A stretch of DNA of 63,895 nt, filler included, from Acetivibrio sp. (GTDB taxonomy: Bacteria; Bacillota; Clostridia; Acetivibrionales; Acetivibrionaceae): assembly GCF_035371925.1 (NCBI RefSeq). It is 5 parts of 5 records of this genome, joined end to end, with 100 filler letters (N's around TTAATTAATTAA, not from the genome) between each part and the next. Parts side by side here need not be neighbours in the genome. Positions count along the whole stretch, not along the records: positions 28,898 to 43,147 come from NZ_DAORXT010000076.1; positions 43,248 to 57,471 come from NZ_DAORXT010000077.1; 3 more parts are not named here. One strand, written 5' to 3'. The position numbers were made by a program, and so were the translations under genes. Within the stretch, counting starts at the first letter, position 1, and every line of letters starts with the position of its first letter. This document shows, piece by piece, positions 41,924 to 52,831 of the stretch. The notes under the pieces were generated by a model. The model saw nothing but the letters and a program-made list of their open reading frames with translations. It searched no databases and was not told the origin of the DNA.

Positions 41924-42056
41924 AAAACTTCTCCCCCAAAAATAAATATATCGGAAAGTAAAATTAGATATCTATCAAACACCTATTTTTATAATACTAT
42001 TAATAATGTAAAATTGCAATTATGAAAATTTCAACCAAATGCTTTTATAAATGGCT

Positions 42057-43121
42057 CTATCCTATGAACCTCTTTAGAAGTTCTTTGTCAACACAGTATT
42101 CATATGCACTCTCTTTTGATATACGTCCTTGTTGATAGAGCTCGGCAATGGATTTGTCAAGAAGCTTCATTCCCTGGGATGCCCCCGTCTGAATCATAGA
42201 AGTAATTCCGGTCACTCTGCCTTCTCGTATGAGATTACTGATTGCCGGAGTAACAATCATTATTTCCAGAGCCGCAACCCTTCCCTTACCCTCAACATCG
42301 GGAATCAATCTTTGGGATATAACTGCTTTTAGCGCACTGGATACCTGTACCCTTATCTGCTGCTGTTGGTGGGGCGGGAAAACGTCAATAAGCCTGTCTA
42401 TTGTTTTTGCAGCACCCAAAGTATGCAAGGTGGAAAGAACCAAATGGCCTGTCTCTGCCGCTGTTACCGCAATACTTATAGATTCGTTATCCCTCATCTC
42501 ACCTATAAATATCACATCGGGGTCTTCTCTTAACGCGGCTCTTAGAGCATTGGCGTAGGACTTGCTGTCCTGGGATATTTCCCTCTGGTTTACAACGCAC
42601 TTATCATGCTTGAAAATATATTCGATAGGGTCCTCAAGAGTCAGTATATGCCCTTCCTTTGTAGAATTTATCTCATTAATAATTGAGGCCATGGTGGTAG
42701 ATTTACCGCTCCCCGTAGGACCGGTTACCAATATAAGCCCTTCTTTAATCTTGCAAACTTCTTTAATCACATCGGGAAGTTTCAGAGAATCCAAAGTCGG
42801 AATTGTAGAGGCAAGTATTCTGAATACTATCGCCACAGAACCCCTTTGAAAAAAAACATTCACTCTGAACCTTGAAATTCCCGGGACTGTCATTGAAAAA
42901 TCCACTTCTCCCACAGTCATAAGATGCTCAAGCTTTTCATTGTCCAAGCATTCCTTGGCATAGTTCATTGTGTCCTCACGAGACAGTATATTATCGCTAA
43001 GCGTTTTCATTTTTCCGTTTATTCTGAAAGAAGGCGCCCTGCCCACAGTTAAATGTATATCGGAAGCTTTATTTTCAACACCCGTTTTTAAAATTTCCTT
43101 CAACTCCGTCAAAACGATCAT
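42057..43121 (-). CDS. pilT: Type IV pilus retraction ATPase
   Basis: ASDIHL, VTGPTGSGKSTT, LEDPIE, LREDPDVIFIGEMRD, AAETGHLVLSTLHT. Confidence 0.93.
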   Translation of the reverse strand: MIVLTELKEILKTGVENKASDIHLTVGRAPSFRINGKMKTLSDNILSREDTMNYAKECLDNEKLEHLMTVGEVDFSMTVPGISRFRVNVFFQRGSVAIVFRILASTIPTLDSLKLPDVIKEVCKIKEGLILVTGPTGSGKSTTMASIINEINSTKEGHILTLEDPIEYIFKHDKCVVNQREISQDSKSYANALRAALREDPDVIFIGEMRDNESISIAVTAAETGHLVLSTLHTLGAAKTIDRLIDVFPPHQQQQIRVQVSSALKAVISQRLIPDVEGKGRVAALEIMIVTPAISNLIREGRVTGITSMIQTGASQGMKLLDKSIAELYQQGRISKESAYEYCVDKELLKRFIG

Positions 43122-43147
43122 CTCCTAAATAAGTGTGATGTGTAATT

Positions 43148-43247
43148 NNNNNNNNNNNNNNNNNNNNNNNNNNNNNNNNNNNNNNNNNNNNTTAATTAAT
43201 TAANNNNNNNNNNNNNNNNNNNNNNNNNNNNNNNNNNNNNNNNNNNN
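43148..43247. other. Artificial contig linker
   Basis: 100 bp of N with TTAATTAATTAA. Confidence 0.99.
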
Positions 43248-43348
43248 TGGGTCGAACAGTGGCTTCGGTCACTGATTTAATACAATATTAATTGTACAAG
43301 GGAGTGAAACCTTTTTAAGGCAATAAGGTTCTGAGGAGGAAAGAGCCA

Positions 43349-44897
43349 ATGAAAAGTAAATTGTGTTTTATAATATCATTGTGTGTTTTAGTACAATGCT
43401 TGTTGATAGATACATATGCAAAAAGCTATGAGAGTGCAAAGGAAGCAATATATGATGCTAATGACTTCATATTTCAAAAAACGGGTTACAAAGATTACTA
43501 TTTATTAGAGATTGAATGTAAATACAAAATTCTTACACAATCATCAGATTGGGAGTGTAACTGTCGATGATTATAAAGACCAAGTAGCAGTGAGTTTGCC
43601 GAATGTAGAAGCTAAAATTTATAGAAGTAGCTTTGGAGATGATCCCCAAAAGAAAAATTGGTTAGTCAGTGACAAAGAGGCTGATATAATAACAAAGTTT
43701 TTAGAAACGTCCTATGATATTTCTGTATTGAAGAAGTATAAATACAACACCAAATGTAATGTACATGAGGACTGTGCAGCTGAAGGTTGCCCGGGCTATG
43801 TAGAAGAAACAGGTTATGCAAGCAGCAATCGAAGCGGAAGTGCTCCGATAGAAATAAACACATATGTGTATAACGGCAAGAAAGATTTGAGCAAGAAGGT
43901 GTTTGAAAATAAAATTAGTAATAATTATGACGCAGACTTTAAAGCAAGAATCCTATGGACAAATACTCCTATTAAGTTTAACGTAATACGCTATATGTGG
44001 AACCTGAATGAACGTGGAGAGCCGATTACATGGCAATCTGTACCGGGCAAATACGAAAGGGGGGTTGTGCAGCAGTGCAGTGCTGATATCGACTGGAATG
44101 TAACCAGCTCAATGAAACAGGATTATGAAAAAGCTAAGAATGCTGCAAGAGAAGGTAAACAAGACAAAACATTTTATGACAAGGCAGTGTTTGCAACAGA
44201 TAAAAACCTGCAAAGAAATTACGAGTATCCAATAAAATCAGGCTATTACTTTAATCCAACGGGTACATATACATTTGAGGTTACAACTGTTACCTACAAG
44301 AATAGCAAAGGCGAGACAGAGGAGCATAAAAAGCTTGTAAATGAGTTAATCAACTCCTTCAGATATGAGTCAAACTTAATATATATTAATTCAAACAATC
44401 AGCCTGTAAATATTGCAAATGGGCCTTACACAGACCTTGGAGTATTGACTGTAAAAGATAATGAATTGATAACTGAATATAGACAATACGAGAAGAAAGA
44501 ATATAGGATACCCTATTATTCTGACAAGCCGTATGATGATGAAAATGAAAATAAAACTCATGATTTTTGGAAAATGTCTATGGAAGGTTATTCTTTATCA
44601 GGCAGCTTAGACAGTTATAATAAGTATAAATATCGGGAATATGTTGCAGGAGGAGAAGTATATGAAATAACTGAGACTACAAAGGTTACAATTGTAGTAA
44701 ATAAGGATAATAAAATGTTTTATACTCATCCTAAAATGCCGGATGGAGAATACTATGTTAGAGTAAAGCTTTCTCCTATAAACTTAAGTAAAATTACTAA
44801 TGTTGAATACAAATCAATAAATGATTCGTTAAAGGAAGTCATTTTAGATGGTATTAAGGTTACTGTAAAAGGCTCAATATATGATGATATAAGTTAA
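43349..44897 (+). pseudogene. Disrupted large secreted protein (Athe_2463-like, from recall); frame break near 43510, probably an internal deletion
   Basis: Signal-peptide ORF 43349-43570 overlaps out of frame with ORF 43512-44897 (YPIKSGYYFNPTGTYTF, C-terminal VKGSIYDD). Confidence 0.6.
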
Positions 44898-44925
44898 TAA
44901 CTATATTACATATAACAATAACTTA

Positions 44926-44998
44926 CCGTGTTACCCTGAAAGAATGCGTATGTGCAAGGCTTGTAGGGTACACGGTTTTCTGTATATTTAAGAGTTTT
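44926..44998. terminator. Inverted repeat after the disrupted gene
   Basis: ACCGTGTTACCCT pairs imperfectly with AGGGTACACGGT, followed by TTTC. Confidence 0.5.
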
Positions 44999-45335
44999 TG
45001 CTCACTCACTGACAACCGTCAAACAGATCATTACATAGTGGAATGGTTGCGCAGTTGATAAAATCACTGTAGAAATAATTAAACGGAGGATGATGAGCTT
45101 AATTATACCGACTTTAAAACAAGGAATATTGATTATAATGATGAATCTTCAGAATTGTAAAAACCAGTATTAAAATAATTTTGGTGTATGAGAAGGAGAA
45201 CTCATATAAATATTTTACTGATACAAGCTTGGATGCCCAAAAATTAAAAAAATACAACGGTTTTGCCGTCAAAAGTAATTAATTGAAACTTGAAATATCC
45301 GGTGATATAATTTTCCTATAAAAATATGTCGGGGA

Positions 45336-48300
45336 GTGGGGTCATTGAGAATAAAAATATCGCCGGAAGAGATGACTAGAATAGCTGGAAACCTAAAGAG
45401 TTTGTCCGATAAATTTGATGATATAATAAAAGACATAAACAGTACAGTGAAGCTAATCGACTGGGAATTAAGAAGTAAAGAGGGCGTAGACCAAAAAGCA
45501 TCGGATGCGATTAAATCAGCCAAAAAAATATCCAGTGGCCTTAAGTCAATGGCGAAGGACCTTGAATTTGCCAGGGACAGGATGGTTGAGGAAGATAAGA
45601 AAGCATCCGCTACTGCTAAAAAGATGAAGAGTGCAACTTTTAGCACTTCTATGGCAGCAGCTGCTGCAGGAAGTGTGAAAGTTTCAAATGTAAACTATAC
45701 ATCGGACTACAAAAACCTAGGTCCCGGAACGGCAAGCTGCCCGAATACATTTGTTGGTGACCCCGTAAACGTAACAACGGGAAACTTTTATGTAACCAAA
45801 AAAGATATCCAAATACCTTCAAGGGGTATTGCTCTCGAAATTAGGCGATATTATAATTCCATTGACCAAACCTACGGAATTTTGGGAAAGGGCTGGAGAA
45901 TAGGATACGAAACCAGCCTAATGAACATAGAGGATAGCAAGGATTTATTGGTAGTGTATCCCGATGGAAGCGTAAACATATTTGAATATGATGAAAAAGA
46001 CAATAAGTATAAAGCTCCAAGGGGAGTTTTTGATATACTCCAAAAGAATGAAGATGAAAGCTATGTATTGAAAATTCATGATGGAACTACCTACAGATAT
46101 GACAAATCCGGAAGCCTCATATCAATAAGCGACCTTAACGGTAATGCAATCTCCATAGAATATGACGACCAAGGCATGATTTCTTCGGTAGTATCACCGG
46201 GTGGAAAATTCTTGGACTTTTCATATGAAGGTGCGAGATTGAGAAAAATAACCGACCATACGGGAAGGCAAATAACTTACTCCTATGATAAATCCGGAAA
46301 TCTCATACAGGTAAGGTATCCGGACGGAGGAGTTATTAAATATGGATATGACAATAAAGGCATGATATCCATAACAGACCAAAACAAAAATACCTATGTC
46401 CAAAACACATACGACGAAGCAGGCCGGGTTGTAAAGCAGCTTGATTATGAAGGAAACGAGCTGATTATAGAATACTGCCCGGAAGAATGCAAGAATATAT
46501 TTAAATGGCAAAAAAGCGGCATAACCCGTATATACAAATACAATGAAGAAAAGCAGCTTACGGAAATCATATACGATGACGGTACTAAAGAAATATACAC
46601 CTATGATGAAAATAAAAACAGAAGCAGCATAACGGACAGAAATGGCAGGACAAAGCGGCTTAAGTATGATGAAAGGGGTAATTTGACGGCGGAAATAATG
46701 CCGGAGCCCTTCAACTACACAATAAGATACAGCTACGATGACAACAACAGAAGGACGAAAATCAGCACTCCGGCAGGAGGCCTTGCAAGATTTGAATATG
46801 ATGCAAAAGGAAATCTCCTGAAGCGTGTTGTAAAAATAGACGGCAGCAATAATTCTGAGACTGTATATACATATGACGAATTCGGAAGAGTTTTGACAAT
46901 TACCGATGCCGAGAATAACACCACATCCTTTGAATATAATGATGAGGATATAAGCAAGCCTTCAGCAATAATTGATGCGGAAGGAAACAGGTTTATCTAT
47001 GATTTTGATGCCGTAGGAAGAGTTGCAGCAATTACAACCGGCTACGGAACCGTAAAAATCGAATATAATGAGCGAGACAAGATAACAGGTCTGATTGATG
47101 CGGAAAATAACAAGATCAGGATAAAATATGATGCCGTCGGAAACATGGTCGAGGTTATCACTCCCGAGCAATATGCAGAAAAAGGTGATAAGGGAAAAGG
47201 CTATACCTTTGCGTATGATGCAATGGACCGAATGATAAAGCAGATTGACCCATTGGGAAATGTATTTTCGGTAAAATATGATGAGCACGGGAATAAAATC
47301 AAAGAAGTCAACCCCAATTACTATACTCAAGAGGAAGATGACGGCATAGGAATTGTCTTTAAGTATGACTCCAACCATAGGCAGATAAATACCGTTTTCC
47401 CTGACGGAAGCAAGTCCAGAATAAAATATGACCCTCGAGGCAATATAATAAAAACCATTTTGCCGGGCGATTATAACGAGGAAACCGATGATGGCCCGGG
47501 AATGCAATTTATATATGATGAAATGAACCGAATTGCTAAGATTCTCGACCCGAATGGAAATGTATTTGCCAAGTATGTGTATGATGAGGACAGCAGAGTC
47601 ATAAAAGAAATTAATGCAAAGGGATACATCAGCGCGGACAATGACGAAGAACGATGGGGCACATTGTATAAATACAATCTGGCAGGCTGGCTGGTTGAAA
47701 AAAGAACTCCGCTTCAAAATATAGATGGGCAGGTCTTTTACAATGTGACAGAAAATGTTTATGACAGAAACGGCCGGATTGTACAGCAAAAAATCTCTCC
47801 TGAGTATGTAACCAAAACCGGATATCCGAAGAACTGGAACATCATAAGCTACAAATACGACAAAAACGGAAGAGTCATTGAGGTTTCCGACAGCATTGGC
47901 TCCAATATTCAGTATGAGTATGACTGCCTTGGTAAGAAGACTTTGGAAAGAATTAAAATAAATGATAATGCATACAAGATAACCCGATTTGAATACAGCA
48001 GTGCCGGAAGACTCAAGAAAGTTTCCGAAGAGTGCAATGGAAGTGATTTGGCAGGCGAAGAAAAGGGAACCGTTACAGCGGATACCTTGTTTGAGTATGA
48101 CAGGAACGGCAATATTACAGCTATTACTTCTCCGGAAGGGTATAGGAAGAGATTCATCTACGACGATGCAAACAGGAGGATTGGCGTTGAGGCTTATTTG
48201 CCGCCAGAGGGTGTAAAAATATCCGGCAATGCCGCCAATGCATTGTTAAAGACTACAGTTAGAAGGACACTGTACAGCTATGATAAAGCAGGAAACCTTG

Positions 48301-51269
48301 TACGGCAAACCCTTCCCAACGGAAGTACCATTGAAATCGAGTACGACAAAATGAATAGAAGAATCAGGGTAAAGGATGCAGATGGAAATACAACAAGGCT
48401 GTTCTATGATACGTCAGGTAATTTGATAAAACGCGTGTTGCCTGAAAATTACAATCCTGAAATCGATGACGGCCCGGGAACATCTTATCTTTATGACTCT
48501 ATGAACCGACTTTTACAGGTCACAAATGCAGCGGGAGTTGTTGTGGAAAGAAACGTGTACAATACAGCGGGAGAGATAATAAAGAAAATCGGGGCTAAAG
48601 GCTACCTGGCGGCATCCGATGATAATGAGAGATACGGTGTGGAATACGGATACGATATAGGAGGAAGACTTAGGTATATTACAACGCCTGAAGCGAAGGC
48701 AAAGGGAATTATAAGCCAGCAATATAACTATAATTCTTTGGGGTATATTACGGAAATTATTGACGGAAAAGGAAATGCAACAAGATATGCACTTGATTTG
48801 TGGGGAAAAATTAAAGAAGTTCATGAAGCCAGCGGTTCTGTTTTCAGATACGAATATGATTATGCAGGCAACCTTACAACAGTAATGGATGGAAATGGAA
48901 ATACCACGCGATACAATTACAACAGCCTTAATCTTCTTTCGGAGATTATTGACCCGCTGGGAGGAAAAATTTCTTACAAATACGACAAACAGGGAAGAAT
49001 GGTTTGGACTTCCAATAGGGACGGAAAAGCCATACATTACAGATACAACTTTGACGATAAGCTCGTAAGCATTTGGAGTGAGGACGGAATTCTTGAAAAA
49101 TATGAGTATAATCTTGACGGAAGCTTAGCGGCATCTATAAGCGACAGGACAATTCATTCGTATACCTACACTCCGTCGGGAAGACTTAAGAGAAAGAATA
49201 CAAACGGTGTTGGTGTATTGGATTATGAGTATGACAAGAACGGACGTTTAACAAAGCTTACCGACATAAGCGGAAAAACTATCGAGTATACTTATGACAT
49301 TCTTGGCAGACTTTCAAATGTGATAAACGCAGGGAGGCAAACGGCACAGTATGAATACAATCCGGATAATACCGTATCACGGATTTTATATGGCAGCGGA
49401 GTTTGCGCAAAGTATGACTACGACATGGATAAAAGGATAATTGGGCTTCTTAATGTTGATCCTTTCGGTCAAGAACTCTTTAGAGGAAAGTATTCCTATG
49501 ATGCCAACGGCAACCGGATAATGCAGGATGAAAACGGCAAGGTGACGTCATATAGCTATGATAGCATAAACAGGCTTGAGAGAGTTTCTTACCCCGAAGG
49601 CAGTAGTGAGAAATTTGCATATGATAACGCAGGAAACAGACTTGCCAGAGAATTCGGTGAGCTGATTGAAAACTATAAATATGACGAAAACAACAGGTTG
49701 ATACAAAAGGTGTCAAATGGCGTTGTGACAGAGTATGAATATGATGCCAGAGGCAATCTTGTAAAAGAGATTGAAGGAGAATCTGAAAGAATATTTGAAT
49801 ATGATGAGTTTAATAGACTTACAAAGGTAATAAATGCAGACGGTACATATATGGAAAACATATATGATGCCGAAGGCATGAGAGTGCAGACCATAGAAAA
49901 CGGTGAGTACCGAAGGTTCATATTTGATGGAAAGGACGTCATATCCGAGGTCGGTGAGGATTGGGAGATAAAGAGCAGGAGCATAAGAGGACATTCGTTA
50001 TTGGAATTGGAAGATGAAAATAATAATTCCTATTACTATTTACATAATGTACATGGCGATGTAACTAATCTTACGGACAGTTCGGGAAGGATTGTAAACA
50101 GTTACGATTATGACGCATTTGGTAATACTGTAACTGCGAAAGAGACAGTACGCAACAGGTTCCGTTATGCGGGAGAGCAGTATGATAATATGACGGGGCA
50201 GTATTACTTGCGGGCGAGATACTATAATCCCTCTGTCGGACGGTTTACGCAGGAGGATACATGGAGGGGCTTTACCTATAATCCCGCAAGTTTGAACCTC
50301 TATACATATGTTGAGAACAATCCTGTAATGTTTGTTGACCCTACAGGACATTGGCCTAAATTTATTGATAATGCGATAGATTGGGTCGGCGACAAGGTAA
50401 GTGATGCGGTTGACTGGGCAGGAGACAGGATAAGCGATGCGGTTGATTGGGTAGGAGACAGAGTGAATGATGCAATTGATTGGGCAGGCGACCGAATCAA
50501 CGATGTCGGCAACTTTATAACAGATACGGCAACCAGTGTTAGAGACTGGTGGGTGGAAAATAATGTTGGAGCATACGTTGTTGGTGGCTTGAAGATATTG
50601 GGTGCGGTTGCTATAGGTGTAGGCGCAGTTGCGTTTACTGTTGCAACTTTTGGAGCTGGGGCACCGCTGGCTACTTTGGCAGCTGGAGCGGCAATTGGTG
50701 CAGGAGTAGGTTTGGCAGCAACTTATGTAACGGATGTTGTTTCTAACTTTGCCCAAAACGACTGGAAATGGTCGGCATCCAATTTTCTGCCATCCTCTTC
50801 ACCAGGTGAATATATAGCAAATATGTTATCGGGTGCTATTGGCGGAATGATGATAGGAACTATTGGTTTTGGGGCAACCGTAGGGATGATGGTCATTGAT
50901 GCTGCAGTGACTACAGGTGTGGCCACATTTATAGATTCCGGGATAGAAGATATACGTACAGGAAAAATAAATGAGATTGATTTGGGTGATGCTTTAATCG
51001 ATTTCAGATCAAATCTTATTGGGAATGCTATTGGATGCGTAGTGGGAAATCTTATTCCAGATGTTTATGTACCTGTATCCAAGCAAGAAGCAAGATATAT
51101 ATTAAGAAAAGCAGGTAAGGCATACAATGGAGCTGCTGCAAGAGCCTTTATTAAGCAAAAGGCATTCCAAAAGCAAATAATTGATTTGATAAGTGACTTT
51201 GTTGACAAGCTAGCAGGAGGAATAACATCAGAATTAATAGGAGGAGATGGCAAATGTACTGCAAATTAG
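45336..51269 (+). CDS. WXG100-like / DUF6531 / Rhs (YD-repeat) polymorphic toxin with hydrophobic C-terminal region
   Basis: Helical N-terminus (IKISPEEM..W), GDPVNVTTGNF, many YD repeats, Rhs core (YYLRARYYNPSVGRFTQED..VDPTG). Confidence 0.93.
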   Translation: MGSLRIKISPEEMTRIAGNLKSLSDKFDDIIKDINSTVKLIDWELRSKEGVDQKASDAIKSAKKISSGLKSMAKDLEFARDRMVEEDKKASATAKKMKSATFSTSMAAAAAGSVKVSNVNYTSDYKNLGPGTASCPNTFVGDPVNVTTGNFYVTKKDIQIPSRGIALEIRRYYNSIDQTYGILGKGWRIGYETSLMNIEDSKDLLVVYPDGSVNIFEYDEKDNKYKAPRGVFDILQKNEDESYVLKIHDGTTYRYDKSGSLISISDLNGNAISIEYDDQGMISSVVSPGGKFLDFSYEGARLRKITDHTGRQITYSYDKSGNLIQVRYPDGGVIKYGYDNKGMISITDQNKNTYVQNTYDEAGRVVKQLDYEGNELIIEYCPEECKNIFKWQKSGITRIYKYNEEKQLTEIIYDDGTKEIYTYDENKNRSSITDRNGRTKRLKYDERGNLTAEIMPEPFNYTIRYSYDDNNRRTKISTPAGGLARFEYDAKGNLLKRVVKIDGSNNSETVYTYDEFGRVLTITDAENNTTSFEYNDEDISKPSAIIDAEGNRFIYDFDAVGRVAAITTGYGTVKIEYNERDKITGLIDAENNKIRIKYDAVGNMVEVITPEQYAEKGDKGKGYTFAYDAMDRMIKQIDPLGNVFSVKYDEHGNKIKEVNPNYYTQEEDDGIGIVFKYDSNHRQINTVFPDGSKSRIKYDPRGNIIKTILPGDYNEETDDGPGMQFIYDEMNRIAKILDPNGNVFAKYVYDEDSRVIKEINAKGYISADNDEERWGTLYKYNLAGWLVEKRTPLQNIDGQVFYNVTENVYDRNGRIVQQKISPEYVTKTGYPKNWNIISYKYDKNGRVIEVSDSIGSNIQYEYDCLGKKTLERIKINDNAYKITRFEYSSAGRLKKVSEECNGSDLAGEEKGTVTADTLFEYDRNGNITAITSPEGYRKRFIYDDANRRIGVEAYLPPEGVKISGNAANALLKTTVRRTLYSYDKAGNLVRQTLPNGSTIEIEYDKMNRRIRVKDADGNTTRLFYDTSGNLIKRVLPENYNPEIDDGPGTSYLYDSMNRLLQVTNAAGVVVERNVYNTAGEIIKKIGAKGYLAASDDNERYGVEYGYDIGGRLRYITTPEAKAKGIISQQYNYNSLGYITEIIDGKGNATRYALDLWGKIKEVHEASGSVFRYEYDYAGNLTTVMDGNGNTTRYNYNSLNLLSEIIDPLGGKISYKYDKQGRMVWTSNRDGKAIHYRYNFDDKLVSIWSEDGILEKYEYNLDGSLAASISDRTIHSYTYTPSGRLKRKNTNGVGVLDYEYDKNGRLTKLTDISGKTIEYTYDILGRLSNVINAGRQTAQYEYNPDNTVSRILYGSGVCAKYDYDMDKRIIGLLNVDPFGQELFRGKYSYDANGNRIMQDENGKVTSYSYDSINRLERVSYPEGSSEKFAYDNAGNRLAREFGELIENYKYDENNRLIQKVSNGVVTEYEYDARGNLVKEIEGESERIFEYDEFNRLTKVINADGTYMENIYDAEGMRVQTIENGEYRRFIFDGKDVISEVGEDWEIKSRSIRGHSLLELEDENNNSYYYLHNVHGDVTNLTDSSGRIVNSYDYDAFGNTVTAKETVRNRFRYAGEQYDNMTGQYYLRARYYNPSVGRFTQEDTWRGFTYNPASLNLYTYVENNPVMFVDPTGHWPKFIDNAIDWVGDKVSDAVDWAGDRISDAVDWVGDRVNDAIDWAGDRINDVGNFITDTATSVRDWWVENNVGAYVVGGLKILGAVAIGVGAVAFTVATFGAGAPLATLAAGAAIGAGVGLAATYVTDVVSNFAQNDWKWSASNFLPSSSPGEYIANMLSGAIGGMMIGTIGFGATVGMMVIDAAVTTGVATFIDSGIEDIRTGKINEIDLGDALIDFRSNLIGNAIGCVVGNLIPDVYVPVSKQEARYILRKAGKAYNGAAARAFIKQKAFQKQIIDLISDFVDKLAGGITSELIGGDGKCTAN
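50367..50510 (+). repeat. About four 33-bp tandem repeats (DAVDWAGDRIS type) just after the DPxG motif
   Basis: IDWVGDKVS-DAVDWAGDRIS-DAVDWVGDRVN-DAIDWAGDRIN. Confidence 0.9.
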
Positions 51270-51310
51270 GTTTGTAATATAAAGTATTTTTACAATAATG
51301 GGGGGTAATC

Positions 51311-51784
51311 ATGGAAGAGGTATATAATCAAATACTTTTTAGTGAATTTTTATTTGGTATATTTGCGTTTGTGATAGGCCTTATTGTGGCATTGGTTTTA
51401 TGGTTTTATGGTGATGACGTTATCAAGGTAAAGAGAAATGGTGTAGTTTTAAGAGAAATAAAACTGAAAAAATCTGCAATGTTTGTTTTTAAACGGTTAT
51501 TACCATTGATAATATTATTAGCAGTTACAATAACTGGGATATATTCTACTTTAGATTATGTAAAGAAAGATTACCTTTATGGTGAAGGAACAATGACATA
51601 TTACAGAAAAGCATCGAATACAGTACGTATTGAAATTGATAATAAGTACTACCGTCTGCCGAGAACTTATAGAAAAAATTTTTCATCAAAAAACATAGGA
51701 ACAACGTACAAATTTGTATACGCAAAGAGAACGAAACTGATTTTATATATAGAAGTTGTAGATGATTCAACAGATACATTTTAG
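51311..51784 (+). CDS. Putative membrane immunity protein, copy 1
   Basis: Two TM segments; directly after the toxin; paralog of the next gene. Confidence 0.7.
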   Translation: MEEVYNQILFSEFLFGIFAFVIGLIVALVLWFYGDDVIKVKRNGVVLREIKLKKSAMFVFKRLLPLIILLAVTITGIYSTLDYVKKDYLYGEGTMTYYRKASNTVRIEIDNKYYRLPRTYRKNFSSKNIGTTYKFVYAKRTKLILYIEVVDDSTDTF

Positions 51785-51988
51785 AAGGACTAAAATACAC
51801 GCATTATTTGCTATTGGAGGAGCAGAAGAAATACAAATCTAAGCAGAAGTATCGAAAAGCCGGCTAAGGTATTTTGCTTTGGCTGGTTTTTGTGATTTAT
51901 AATGAGTTAATTGATAAAAGTTTTCTAGTGTGCTTTTAGCCTGCTTGAAAGTATGAAGAGGGGATTGTATGTTGAGGGAGGTTACCTA

Positions 51989-52459
51989 GTGGAGGAAATA
52001 TACAATAGATTACTTTTTAATGATATGATATTTAATTTAATTTTTGGTGGTCTAGCCATTGCGGCATTGATAGTTCTATGGTTTGGTGGTGACGTTATTA
52101 AAGTTAAGCAAAAAGGTGTGGTCGTGCGAGAAATAAAATTGAAAAAATGGACAAGGTTTATTTTAAGAAGGTTAGTACCCTTAATATTCTTGCCGGCTTT
52201 TGGAATAAGTATAATAAACTCCACTTTGGATTATGTGAAGAAAGACTATCTTTATGGAGAAGGGAAAATGACACGGTATGAAAAATTACGGTATGCAGAA
52301 CATATTTATATTGACAGTAAATACTACAATTTGCCGAGGATTTACAGAAGATATTTTTCATCAAAGAACGTAGGAATGACCTACAAATTTGTATATGCAA
52401 AAAGAACGAAGTTAATTTTGTACATAGAGGCAGCGGATGATTCAACAGACTCATTTTAG
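51989..52459 (+). CDS. Putative membrane immunity protein, copy 2
   Basis: Shares STLDYVKKDYLYGEG and TYKFVYAKRTKLILYIE with copy 1; GTG start after GGGAGG. Confidence 0.7.
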   Translation: MEEIYNRLLFNDMIFNLIFGGLAIAALIVLWFGGDVIKVKQKGVVVREIKLKKWTRFILRRLVPLIFLPAFGISIINSTLDYVKKDYLYGEGKMTRYEKLRYAEHIYIDSKYYNLPRIYRRYFSSKNVGMTYKFVYAKRTKLILYIEAADDSTDSF

Positions 52460-52831
52460 AAGAACTAAAATACGTATATTTTTTGATAGTAGAAAAGCAT
52501 GAGAAGAATGCGAAACATCCCTAATAAAAATGTACGTGGTTATAAGACGGGAAATATTATAAAATTATGTTAAGAAATTATGCATCTATATAGCATTCAC
52601 AATCGATATAATAATTCTTAAGTTTACTCATGAATTAAACATGCTTTAAACGTTTTGTAAAGAGCTGCAGCGAATGGTTGGTAAAAAATAATCGATAAAA
52701 GAATAATAAAGTATATAAAAATTATAAAAAATAGTACTGGCATGTATAAGATATTTATGGTATTATAATGCTATAAATTATGGAATTAAAGTATATTAAT
52801 TTTGTAAATTATTAACTACTCTTACGGGGAG

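Noticed and set aside
42057..45336. Functional link between pilT and the Rhs locus
   Set aside because: Separated by an artificial contig linker.
46221..51253. Numerous minus-strand ORFs within the Rhs gene
   Set aside because: Shadow ORFs of a long coding sequence; no RBS or motifs.
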